This document shows, piece by piece, positions 1 to 9,815 of a stretch of DNA of 64,000 bases. The stretch spans positions 3,551 to 67,550 of IMG/VR virus record IMGVR_UViG_3300037540_000302. The stretch is one strand, 5' to 3'. The notes beneath the pieces are model-generated. The model saw only the letters and a list, made by a program, of their open reading frames with translations. It did no database searches and was not told where the DNA came from. Both the position numbers and the translations under genes were made by a program. The stretch comes from a virus. The first letter of the stretch is position 1, and each line of letters starts with the position of its first letter.

Positions 1-258
1 CAGCTTCTGCCTGGATTAATTCTCTTTTTTGATCTTCAATATAAGTTCCAAAATCGGTAAGACTTTTTGCTATTTTGTTTTTATATAACGTTTCATCTGG
101 TATAGAATTCCAAATAATTTTTAAATAACCTATATCATCTCGCCATTCATTAAGTTTTTCTTTTGTAATATCAGTCTGGCGCTTTAATCGGAGTAAGCGC
201 AAATATTTATCCCTATTTATTTTCCCAACTTCTGGCGATGGCGGTTGCCATTTTTCAT
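1..258 (-). CDS. Partial ORF running off the left edge (MKNGNRHRQKLGKINRDKYLRLLRL...); possibly the N-terminus of the gpF-like protein whose C-terminus is at the right edge
   Basis: Hand translation is open from ATG 258 to base 1; the link to gpF rests on gene order only. Confidence 0.45.
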
Positions 259-287
259 CTTTTTTTTCTTTTGTTGGGTTCATTTAT

Positions 288-479
288 TTACCTCCTTAAT
301 TTCTCAATCGGTATCCCGGTTTTCTCAGATATAATATTTTCAGTTTTAGTTTTCTTAATTTCACCGGTTATACGAATTTCCCGAAATGTAGAATATGATA
401 TGCGAAACATTCTACACATGGCTCCTATCTTTATATCTTTTTTATTCTCGTCTATCCAATTGTTTAGTAGTTTATTCAT
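288..479 (-). CDS. Small HTH (Cro/XRE-like) DNA-binding protein
   Basis: 63 aa; IGAMCRMFRISYSTFREI and ISEKTGIPIEKL fit an XRE-type HTH pattern. Confidence 0.5.
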   Translation of the reverse strand: MNKLLNNWIDENKKDIKIGAMCRMFRISYSTFREIRITGEIKKTKTENIISEKTGIPIEKLRR

Positions 480-1361
480 TTAATATACTCTCTATATTGA
501 TTTACAAAGATTTTAAATTCCGATTCATCCATAAAGTTTATCATATTATTTTTTACTAAATGATTTAATCTTATTTCACTATTTAAATGACAGCTCACAG
601 AGCCTATATATTTACTATCAAAATAAATCAATATGGATTGAAGATTATGCTTACAGTTTGCCTGGCAAAATCTACATTTAAAATCATTTAATCTAATCTC
701 TATTTCTTTAGAATGGGAGAATTCGCAATTTAAATGAACTATAGTAGGTCTTTGATATTTAGTTTCATCATTATAATAAATATATACTTTATCCATTATG
801 TTATACCTGAATTTTCTCTTAATTTACAAACACTACCAATAATTTCTGATATTGAATCATATAAATATGATTCGCTTTTGTTTTTAGGAAACCAATGTGA
901 ATATCGCCCTAAAAGTTTTATAATTTCACTTACCAAAGTACATCTGTCAAAATGATAACAATTTCGGCAGTCTTTTAATTCTTTTTGTTTATTCATTCAA
1001 TAACCCCTGTATTTTATCATCAAGTGCTTTTAGCATAAAATGAAAAGGATATATTACTACTAAATTCAAAAGCTTTTTTATTTCTTTCCAATCTTTTTCA
1101 TTACAATGGTGATAATCATAATCCCATTTATTATTTTCCATAAAACCTAATTTCATTATTGGAGTAGATTGCAAATTAATAAATCCGGTTTCTATAGTTG
1201 CTCCATAACCTTGATATGGCAATATCCCAAAATCATAATCTTTAGAATCAAAATTTACTTCTCGCCAACCCCATCCTATATAGGGAATTGATTTGCCTCC
1301 GAAAGATTCATATTCAGATGAATCATCGCAAATTATTTCTATTAGATTGTTAAGATTTTTG

Positions 1362-1946
1362 TTATTCATTTAGTGTGCCTTTTATAATTTCCCTCATTTT
1401 TAATTCAGCTTTCTTCCTGTCTTGTTTTATTAAAGTTGCGTAATCTGATTTTACATCATCTATATTTTTGCCAGTTATAGTTGCATAAGCCTCAGTTATT
1501 TCTTCTATATTGATGCTGCATTCTTTTGCTTCCTTTATATTCTTAGCTATTTCTTTAGAAAGTAGAAATAATTTTTTATACTCTTTATAATTAAGCACCT
1601 TTTGTCTCTTGAAAAGTAATTTGAAACAATGTTCACATATACATTCAACTTTGCCTGTCTTTTTTATTTTAACCGGGAGATAGTTATCTCTATCAATATC
1701 TATTAAATTATCACAATGACAACATGCAGTCATATGATTGTTTATTAATTGTGTCATTGGTAAATTTATCTTAGCATAATGGGTAGGCTTATATAATGGC
1801 CATGTTTTTTGTGTTTCATCTGACCGCCAAAAATCCTCATCTTGTCTTATCCAGGCAGTTAGCCAGTAATTATTTTTAAGTATTATTATAACCCGGATTC
1901 CTATTGGTAGATTATCGCCCTTATTGATTTTGATCCAGTCTATCAT
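1362..1946 (-). CDS. Hypothetical protein, DUF551-like N-terminus plus CxxC pairs
   Basis: WIKI...LP...W...PTHYAKINLP pattern, then CCHC and CEHC. Confidence 0.4.
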   Translation of the reverse strand: MIDWIKINKGDNLPIGIRVIIILKNNYWLTAWIRQDEDFWRSDETQKTWPLYKPTHYAKINLPMTQLINNHMTACCHCDNLIDIDRDNYLPVKIKKTGKVECICEHCFKLLFKRQKVLNYKEYKKLFLLSKEIAKNIKEAKECSINIEEITEAYATITGKNIDDVKSDYATLIKQDRKKAELKMREIIKGTLNE

Positions 1947-3479
1947 TTTATCATATGTCCATTCTTATCAATAACTATGGCCTCACCTGATTTTGAATTC
2001 TCAATATCATTTATAATCATCAATATCGTTTCGTGAGAATCTTTTCTCTTTAGCATTTCTTTGACAAGCTCTAATATCTGATAACTTCTCAATAATGATT
2101 CATGGCATCGCATCATTGATGTAGGGAGATTTTTAATCCAGTTTAAATCAGTCATAGTGCTAACTCCTTTTCTTTTTCAGCATGTTTTAATGTATAGCCT
2201 CGCAATACATACCAATTCCGCCCACAATTAGGGCAGGATAAGGCGCCGTAAAGGCCGATATCATCAATAAATATTTCTTTACAATTTTGGCAATAGGCGT
2301 ATCTATCATTATTGGCTTCAAGGCTTTCAGATAGCTTTCTGTATTTAGTTGGTTTATTTTGAATTCTATTTATTATTTCTATTTGCTCTCGTATTCGCTT
2401 ATTCGATTTCTTACAACTTTCTTCAATCTTTTTCATATTAGTCATACTTTCTCCTTGCTTGCATCTACAATTAAAGTGTCCAGGCGGCGAAATATAGATT
2501 CTTAATTTTAAGCATCGCCAACAAATAACATATGTTTTCATAAACGATTTATAAGCAAACCATTTGTGATTGAATAGCTTACAGATTAATTTTTTAAATA
2601 TTTCATTCATTTTATTAGTTCCTCAATAACTTTTAGAATTATATCAATGACAATCAATATCCCAATAATATAAATGATCCATATTTGCTGTTTTCTTTGC
2701 CTTTCTATATACTTAGTTAATTCACCATGATCCATATCATCAATATTTCTCATTTTCAATTTTTTAAATATTTTACCCATTTTAATCCTCCTTACATTTA
2801 ATATCTTCCATCTCATTCTGTACATTTTTACAGACTTCATTCATATATTCCTTTAGTTCTTCACATAGCATCTTTTTTAAGTTATCGATATATGGCTTTA
2901 TGATTGGAGTAATGGCATTGTTTAGCTTATCACACAATTCTTGCATAGAGTTTCTATCTTTAAATAAATCTGGGAAAGAATGAACGACAGATCCATGTTC
3001 AAACATTATGTCCCCACGCTTATCTCTTGTTACATTAATATTCCTTTCACAATTAAAAATAATTCTTAGCTCTTCTGGTTTTTTTTCTATTTCATTCCCA
3101 AGGTAATCAACTTCATACCCATGCCATGATTTATTTATATCAGCAATTTCAAATTTAAGATTATCTAAGGATTCATTTTTTTCCTCTAAATTCTTTATTC
3201 CAAATTTATCAGTATCTTTCATATTTATTTCCCTTATTCACCTTATGCTTTCTGATTCCAATGCTTCTTTTATTGTTTTGCCAATACCAACATGATATAA
3301 TTTAGTTCCTTTTATTATGTCAATTACTTGTTTATCGAAATTCTCTTCTAAATCATTCAACTTATCAATTATTCTATTTTGCTGTTTTATTATACATTTT
3401 ACAATATTGAATTGTACCCCTGTAAAATCTTTTAAATTTTCCTCATCAATTAATAATTTTAATAATTTTTCCATACCCT

Positions 3480-3508
3480 ATTATAGTATAACTTCAACTA
3501 TTTTTCAA
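3480..3508 (-). promoter_or_regulatory. sigma70-type promoter, leaderless, for the accessory operon starting at 3474
   Basis: TTGAAA-N17-TATAAT-N5-ATG. Confidence 0.75.
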
Positions 3509-3529
3509 CAAAAATTTAATTATTTTTAA

Positions 3530-4867
3530 TTACTGAGTGAGATATTGATAATCCTGTAAGAATCTTTCAATTCCATCTATCCCTTCCGTAAAAGCTTGCA
3601 TTCGTGGTGATTCTTTAGCTTCAAGAGTCTCTTCACCTTCCTTAACATCTGGTATACCCAATTTCTCCTCAAACCAGGACTTGCCAATACTTGCGCCTAA
3701 CTTAACGGCTTCTCTCATAGCTTCAACCCAATCTTTGGGATCTGCTGCTTCTGGCCGAACTATATTCCATTTAGGATATACTGGATTTTGAAAATTAAGA
3801 TCGCAAAGCTGTTTTATTATTTCGTGGTTAATAAAATATTCAAGCCCCATAATGTAAGAATCTATTAAAAAATTAAACAACTGCATTCTCACGCCCTCTT
3901 TGGCCTGGCTGCCGGCAGCTTCATTTATTGCAAGCCCCTGCCCATGCAATCTATACGCTATAGACAGATTACAAAAATTGATAAGGTTATCATAGGCTTT
4001 CCCTGGGTCTTGAAGATTTTTATTTAATATTTCAACTATCACTTTTTTGTTTAGTCTTATTCCCTTAGCAGCTAAAGGTTTCTTTAATAATTTACCAATT
4101 ACTTCAAGGTCATCTTCTCCAAGTGTTTCTCCCGCTTCTGGCATTATGATAATTTTTGGAAAAACATAACCCTCCCCTAACAATCCCCACAATCTCACCT
4201 CTTCTCTTTTCAGCCACCAATAATTATAAACATCATTATAAATGCCCTGGCCATGGGGATTACTGTAGGCTGCCCCATATGTCATATATTTAAATTTGCG
4301 TGGATCAAGTGGAATGCCATTCCAACAATCATTCATTGAAATTCCCCAATTATCATTAGGATTATAATTTATTTGCCATAATCCATTAGCCTCTTGTTTA
4401 AAACAAAACTTTGAAGGTGGACGCACTAATATCCCACCCAATGATCCATCAAGAACCCAATGAAATCCATCTTGTATGTATAACAATTCAGTAAATGAAT
4501 TGCCCAATTGAATAGCACCTAAAATATCTTTTAATTTTTCCATCCAGTTTGATATGGCCTTGAATTGCTCTTCAATAAACTGTGCCTCTCCTTTATCTCC
4601 CTCTCTTTTTTCTATAACTGTATCTAAGCCTATAATACGAGCGACTAATGTATACCATAAGCCTGCTAAGACAGGATCGGATTGATGCATTTTTTGTACT
4701 GCCTCTTCTTTTGTTCGGAAATCAGACCTCACTCCCAATACTTCATTTGGATCTTCCGGTTCATCACTACAGAAAGTAAACCTATCACTTTCCGCTAAAA
4801 ATGCTTTATTAATTCCCGTTTCTAATCCTTTACTCTCTTGATTTTTTGTTTCTATTATATTTGCCAT
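3530..4867 (-). CDS. Portal protein (DUF935 / Mu gp29-like)
   Basis: 445 aa downstream of terL; AIQLGNSFTEL, NPHGQGIY..VY..W..K, LINFCN..I...LHGQ, GSQA motifs of Mu-type portals. Confidence 0.9.
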   Translation of the reverse strand: MANIIETKNQESKGLETGINKAFLAESDRFTFCSDEPEDPNEVLGVRSDFRTKEEAVQKMHQSDPVLAGLWYTLVARIIGLDTVIEKREGDKGEAQFIEEQFKAISNWMEKLKDILGAIQLGNSFTELLYIQDGFHWVLDGSLGGILVRPPSKFCFKQEANGLWQINYNPNDNWGISMNDCWNGIPLDPRKFKYMTYGAAYSNPHGQGIYNDVYNYWWLKREEVRLWGLLGEGYVFPKIIIMPEAGETLGEDDLEVIGKLLKKPLAAKGIRLNKKVIVEILNKNLQDPGKAYDNLINFCNLSIAYRLHGQGLAINEAAGSQAKEGVRMQLFNFLIDSYIMGLEYFINHEIIKQLCDLNFQNPVYPKWNIVRPEAADPKDWVEAMREAVKLGASIGKSWFEEKLGIPDVKEGEETLEAKESPRMQAFTEGIDGIERFLQDYQYLTQ

Positions 4868-4873
4868 ATTGTA

Positions 4874-4902
4874 ATTATAATCTTATTTTCTCATTTTTTC
4901 AA
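4874..4902 (-). promoter_or_regulatory. sigma70-type leaderless promoter of the portal gene
   Basis: TTGAAA-N17-TATAAT-N6-ATG, no Shine-Dalgarno (SD). Confidence 0.75.
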
Positions 4903-4911
4903 CTAATATTA

Positions 4912-6447
4912 TCAAAAGCTCATCTTTTCATATAGTTCGCTTTTATATATTTCGGCTGGTTTAGATGATTTTTTTTGGATGGGATTGATGTAATGTAAAA
5001 CAAAATAACGCGTTTCATCCTGAGTGTGATTATTTTTATCAATAGGTTTTCCCTTTTTATTTAACTTATAGCTAAAATATTCCCGTCGGCTTGCCTTGCA
5101 GTGTTTTGCTATATAAAACATTGGCCTGCCTATAACGGGCGATAATGCACCTTTTACTTTTTCGATGCCAACATCAATTGTATTATCGGCGGCAATCATG
5201 CGAATGCCTTCGGGCTTTGCCTCTTCCCATTCTTTCCGCAAATCAGAGCGTGATGGATCATAAACGCATTCTTTAATATAATTCCACCATGCACGCTTTT
5301 TACATATTTCTATAACTTTTGGATTTGATGTATTTTCTTCAAATATTTCATCAACTCTTGCCCATGCGTTAAGAGCAGTATTTCTGAAATCTTGCCATAC
5401 TCCTATAGAAAATGCATCAGTACCGCCCCAATCTATAGAAAGATAAACCATTCTGTCGGGGCTAAAATGTACATCAATGAAATGATGCTCTTGAATTTCA
5501 TGACCATATACTAAATCGGGATGGCCGATTTTATTACAAAACCATTCCGTTTCTATACTAAAAAGTGATAGAGTTTGTAGCTTTGTCAAGAAATCTTTTA
5601 TTGTATAATATCCTGTGGCTTCTTTCATTTGCTTACCGGGGCAATATGGAGATAGTGGACAGGTGCTGCAAGAGTAATCTGTGCAGGCTTCGAGGCATTC
5701 CCAAATACACCAACGATATATCCGGGCATCTGGATTTTTTGAAGCACGCTCAAGCTGTTCATCCATATTTCCACCCATAACATGGTTAGTAGATGAAATT
5801 TGGAGGCAAGCTGGTATCCCATTTTTTGACATTGGTTGCGATAAAGCAATTTGCAATATATTGTCATCCATTACGTCAACTTCATCAAGTGCTGTAGTGT
5901 TGGGATGTGGACCTCTGGTTGACTTTTCAGATGCAGTCAAAATGCCTATTTTGGCTCCATTTTTAAGCCTCACCTTTTCAATTAATCTTTGTCCCTTTAC
6001 ATATCTTTCTTCTAAATAACATCTTCCATTATTTGCTCCTATACTCCAATAATCAGCCATTGCTTCATAAGCCCTAGAGGATTGTTCTCCACTTCCACCC
6101 AGGATAACAATATCCATAAGCTTATTCCAGAGAGATTTTAACCAATTTATCAAAGCCAAAAAATATGTTTTACTACCGCTCCTATTAGCCCATACTATTA
6201 CAACAGAATAGAAGTTCAAAAGCATATCTGATATATAATCGAATTGAGAGCAATGATCTTCATTTTCACACATGCGCTTAGTAGATACCTTTATGGGTAA
6301 TATGCTGTGCTTATACCTATTGTCTGCGTTCGTAAGTCTTATTATGGATTCCCTGTCCTTTACTCCATGTTTAATATACCACATTATTGAGACAAGTCTA
6401 TTTGCTTCTATTTTGGCTCTTTTGATTTCATCCTGGGTATAATCCAT
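4912..6447 (-). CDS. terL: Terminase large subunit
   Basis: Walker A ANRSGSKT, STRGPH, Walker B LDEVD, RNase H-like IDWG and terminal DKNNHTQDETRY. Confidence 0.93.
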   Translation of the reverse strand: MDYTQDEIKRAKIEANRLVSIMWYIKHGVKDRESIIRLTNADNRYKHSILPIKVSTKRMCENEDHCSQFDYISDMLLNFYSVVIVWANRSGSKTYFLALINWLKSLWNKLMDIVILGGSGEQSSRAYEAMADYWSIGANNGRCYLEERYVKGQRLIEKVRLKNGAKIGILTASEKSTRGPHPNTTALDEVDVMDDNILQIALSQPMSKNGIPACLQISSTNHVMGGNMDEQLERASKNPDARIYRWCIWECLEACTDYSCSTCPLSPYCPGKQMKEATGYYTIKDFLTKLQTLSLFSIETEWFCNKIGHPDLVYGHEIQEHHFIDVHFSPDRMVYLSIDWGGTDAFSIGVWQDFRNTALNAWARVDEIFEENTSNPKVIEICKKRAWWNYIKECVYDPSRSDLRKEWEEAKPEGIRMIAADNTIDVGIEKVKGALSPVIGRPMFYIAKHCKASRREYFSYKLNKKGKPIDKNNHTQDETRYFVLHYINPIQKKSSKPAEIYKSELYEKMSF

Positions 6448-6452
6448 ACAAT

Positions 6453-6481
6453 ATGATAGTATGGGTTTGGGATTTTGTCAA
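6453..6481 (-). promoter_or_regulatory. sigma70-type leaderless promoter of terL
   Basis: TTGACA-N17-TATCAT-N5-ATG, no SD. Confidence 0.75.
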
Positions 6482-6620
6482 TTATGGTTATTTTGTTGAA
6501 TGTTAGATTATCTTTATTTAATGACAAATAATTTAGGGTAATGACCCATCTATAGGTAGTGAAAAAAATAAAAAACATTTGATGCAGATTTTTATTTTTA
6601 ATAAATTTGTAAAAAAAAAG

Positions 6621-6649
6621 TTGACAAATAAAAAAAATCATGCTATTTA
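6621..6649 (+). promoter_or_regulatory. Putative promoter firing antisense into the tRNA-like element
   Basis: TTGACA-N17-TATTTA with TG extension; the same -10 variant occurs at 62196-62224. Confidence 0.45.
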
Positions 6650-6662
6650 TTAAAAATTGAAG

Positions 6663-6731
6663 TGGAGCGGCCGGGAGTCGAACCCGGATTGTTGGATGCG
6701 AAGCCCAAATTGTTAACCGTAACACCGCCCC
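6663..6731 (-). ncRNA. Atypical tRNA-like RNA (Ala-type acceptor; anticodon UCG or CGC depending on register)
   Basis: GGGGCGG/CCGCTCC-A acceptor with G3.U70, T-arm CCGGG-TTCGACT-CCCGG, anticodon arm TTGGG-CTTCGCA-TCCAA, minimal D-arm GTTA-CGGT-TAAC, no CCA; stem extended by about 10 bp of flanking inverted repeat. Confidence 0.75.
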
Positions 6732-6756
6732 ACTTCAATTTATTTTAATTTCATAA

Positions 6757-7381
6757 TCAACATATTTTCTTTTTCGGTAAAGGTCTATATTGGATATTTA
6801 GTAAATTAAATAATGCAATATAATATTCATCAGGGAATCGTTTTTGCCATTTCATCAATTCCTTAGAAATATATTTTGATAATATTTCTTGTAAAGCAAT
6901 TCTATCTCTTACTTCTTGATACCCAGTAGCCTCATCTACAAGTGCAATTATTCCAATTGTTGCTAATCCTCTCATTAAAATTTCGGCTTTTTTAGCGGTT
7001 TCCATTTGCTTATGAGCAAGAGCGCCGTTTTCTCTTGCTTTTAGCCAAATATTACATATTTCTGGTAATAATTCTGCATTAATCCCTTGGGCTTCTGTCC
7101 CCTTAATTGTTTTGTAAACTATCGGTATCAAAAGCTTTTGGCGAATATCACTATCAATAAATTGCTCTAATCTTTTTGCCGAAACATATTCCGGTAGAAC
7201 AGCGCCGTTTTTGACTTTTTTTCTTTGCCAATGAGCGCCGCCACCCCTTTTCCCAAGCGCCCTTGCTACGCTTCTTTCCCTCAATATCCTCGTGCCATCT
7301 TCTAATACTGCACAGGGTATTGAGCTTTCCCCTAATTTAATATCCCACTTGACGGGTTGCCATGGGACGCTGGTTATTCAT
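6757..7381 (-). pseudogene. P63C-domain (antirepressor-like) protein, frameshifted and C-terminally truncated
   Basis: GIIALVDEATGYQ..R...ALQ.IL..YI..EL..W.K.FPD.YY; IPCAVLEDGTR lies upstream in frame, but the ATG at 7381 is out of frame by one base. Confidence 0.75.
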
Positions 7382-7656
7382 TTTAATTTTCTAATTTATA
7401 TTATTAACTTTCACTAATTTACCATCAACCATTGTTAATTCCGTAGGATATTTTTCTTGCATTTCATTAAATGGATTTACTATTGGATTTTTAATAGCTC
7501 CATTATTCTGAATATCGGCCCATGACCAGGATTCAGCGCCAGAAACATGCAGCTTGAATTGGATTTCACCTTCTGGCAATTCGGGATGATTTGTTTCTCT
7601 TAAAATTTCTTGCACCTTATCGGCAATTTGCCTTTTTTGATTAATTGAAAACATAT

Positions 7657-7878
7657 TTATCTCCTTATTTTAATTTTAATTTCATCCGGGCTTATATCAC
7701 GCCCTAATTTTTCAGATAAGACAAGAGCTACCATAAGCCGCTTCCCCTTGCTTACCAATCCCGTCTTATTCCATTTCGAGAGGGTTTGTCTTGTTATATC
7801 GAAGTCCTTTGCAATTACTTCAAGCTTCCTGCCTATCTCGACGTTTTGTTGATCAATATATTGCTGAATTAAGGTCAT
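7657..7878 (-). CDS. HTH DNA-binding protein
   Basis: LEVIAKDFDITRQTLSKW HTH motif. Confidence 0.6.
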   Translation of the reverse strand: MTLIQQYIDQQNVEIGRKLEVIAKDFDITRQTLSKWNKTGLVSKGKRLMVALVLSEKLGRDISPDEIKIKIRR

Positions 7879-8167
7879 TTTATATCCTATTTATTTTCTT
7901 CATACCAATTAACCATTGATTTCCATTCTTGGATTTTTGCCCAAAGATATCTTTTGTTTATTCTATCAAATTTGATATTATTAGGGCAGGAGACACACAT
8001 ATTGGAAGGTGCTTTATTTTCATCTCCAACAAATATATGTATACTTTTCGGCCATATACCGCCCTTTAATCTCAAATACTGAGAGCGATCTATCATCCAG
8101 TTGTTAGGATTGGATAGTAACTCTTTTGCAATATCTTGTGTTATATTCCATATTTTATCCATATACT

Positions 8168-8196
8168 ATTATACACCAATTCCCTTTTTTTGTCTA
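8168..8196 (-). promoter_or_regulatory. sigma70-type leaderless promoter for the ORF starting at 8162
   Basis: TAGACA-N17-TATAAT-N5-ATG with TG extension. Confidence 0.7.
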
Positions 8197-9485
8197 CTTT
8201 ATTCTCAATTTTGTTGATTTAGGTTACAATTGCTTTTTAGCTATTTTCCGTAATGCAAGCAGTTCGCGCCAAATACCATCTCTAAGGTAATCAGTTCCGT
8301 GTATATTATATTCGTACTCTAATCGGTCAATATCATCCCCGCTTAACCAGTGATAATATAATTTATAAGCCACATCTAAGGCATCCCAATTTAATAACTC
8401 CACTGCAATCATCTTGATATTTTTACTATGGTTGATCTTATCGGGCCATATAATCTTACATTCCTGCACCATTTTTTCATGTTGTTGGGATTGATAAACA
8501 ATCTTATACATAGATTTTGGAATCATTGAAGCAGCAATCATTAATTTTTTAAATTTAGTAAACATAATGTGGCTTATTTGATATAGATTTAATCAATATC
8601 AAAATCCCTTTTCCCGCAGCATGGGCAATAAGCGATATCTTTATCTTTTAGCCAACTTTTATAAGTCCACCATCTTTGCGTAAACAATCGCTTAATATGT
8701 CTTTTTAAATTCCATAATAACATTTTCCATGAATGCACAGGAGTTGATTTAATTCCCGTTTCTTTTAGGAACCAGGGATCAACATTAATATAATAAGGTT
8801 TTATATTTCTTTTGAAATCTTCTATTATAAGTGATAAAGGATTGTATCCAAATGGCCTTGATTCCCAAAATTTTAAAGTCCATTTCCAATTCCAAAAGTC
8901 ATCTTGACTCCAATCGCATGAATGACAATGTAAATAAGCCATATATTATCTCCTACCCATAATAACCAATATTATTTAATATTTCTTTCTGCTTATTCCA
9001 TGTATTAATATGTATATTTATCGTTCTTTTTAGATCAAGTGAGAGCAACGTAAATGTCGTATCGCAAATCTTGTCTATTTCATAGGGTATTAATCTCCCA
9101 TCTTTTGATGAAAAAACTATAGTATCGCCTACTTTTGGATCATTTATTTCTTTCATAATTCACTTATCCCAATTATATAATTCTTTTGCTATCCCAAAAA
9201 GACCTACAGGTGCCATAATTATTGCAAATAAGCTAGCCCATCCTAAAATTTTTTTTGCTAAATTTTCATTAAATACTGAGATTGTTATTCCAAATATCAA
9301 TAATATAAAAGCAATCGTTCCTAAAATATGTAGAATAAAGCCAATTATATCTTTGTCTTTAAAATAATACATTAAGTCTCCTTTAAATCCCTCACCAGAG
9401 CTTACAGGGGCGCCGAGGGCAAGTTTTTATTGAAATCACGTAGGGTAAACCACTAATTAGAAAAGATAGAAGGATGTAGTCGATT

Positions 9486-9725
9486 TTACGCTGGGCATAT
9501 AACGCAACTCGTGTCCCATGGCCATGTATCACACATGGCGCCGCATGTCTCGGTATCGGGAGGACATCCATATGTAGGGCAATGTGGGTTACATGTAATT
9601 GTGCACCCAGCTGGATCGCAACTAAGCCACGGATCTGTACCTCCTTTAATTTTGCCCATTATATTACCATTCAAATTAGTAACCGTAATTTTGTTTAACT
9701 TTAATCTCTTAAATTTTGATTTCAT
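9486..9725 (-). CDS. RiPP (class I lanthipeptide-type) precursor peptide with double-glycine leader
   Basis: Leader LKLNKITVTNL (LxLxKx5L) ending MGKIKGG; 50-aa core with 9 Cys and 10 Ser/Thr; SD AAAGGAG upstream. Confidence 0.8.
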   Translation of the reverse strand: MKSKFKRLKLNKITVTNLNGNIMGKIKGGTDPWLSCDPAGCTITCNPHCPTYGCPPDTETCGAMCDTWPWDTSCVICPA

Positions 9726-9815
9726 TTATTTTACTCCTTTAAAAATGTTTTTTTTCTTTCCCACCATAACCCCGCATCCCCCTACACATCCAGGAGATTC
9801 CCCTTAAAAATAAAT

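Noticed and set aside
6408-6725. 105-aa ORF in the track
   Set aside because: Overlaps the tRNA-like RNA, two promoters and the terL start; spurious
6663-6731. Complete tmRNA
   Set aside because: Only 69 nt; no tag reading frame or pseudoknot region
9511-9807. His/Pro-rich plus-strand ORF
   Set aside because: Antisense shadow of the RiPP precursor, which has the SD and leader motif
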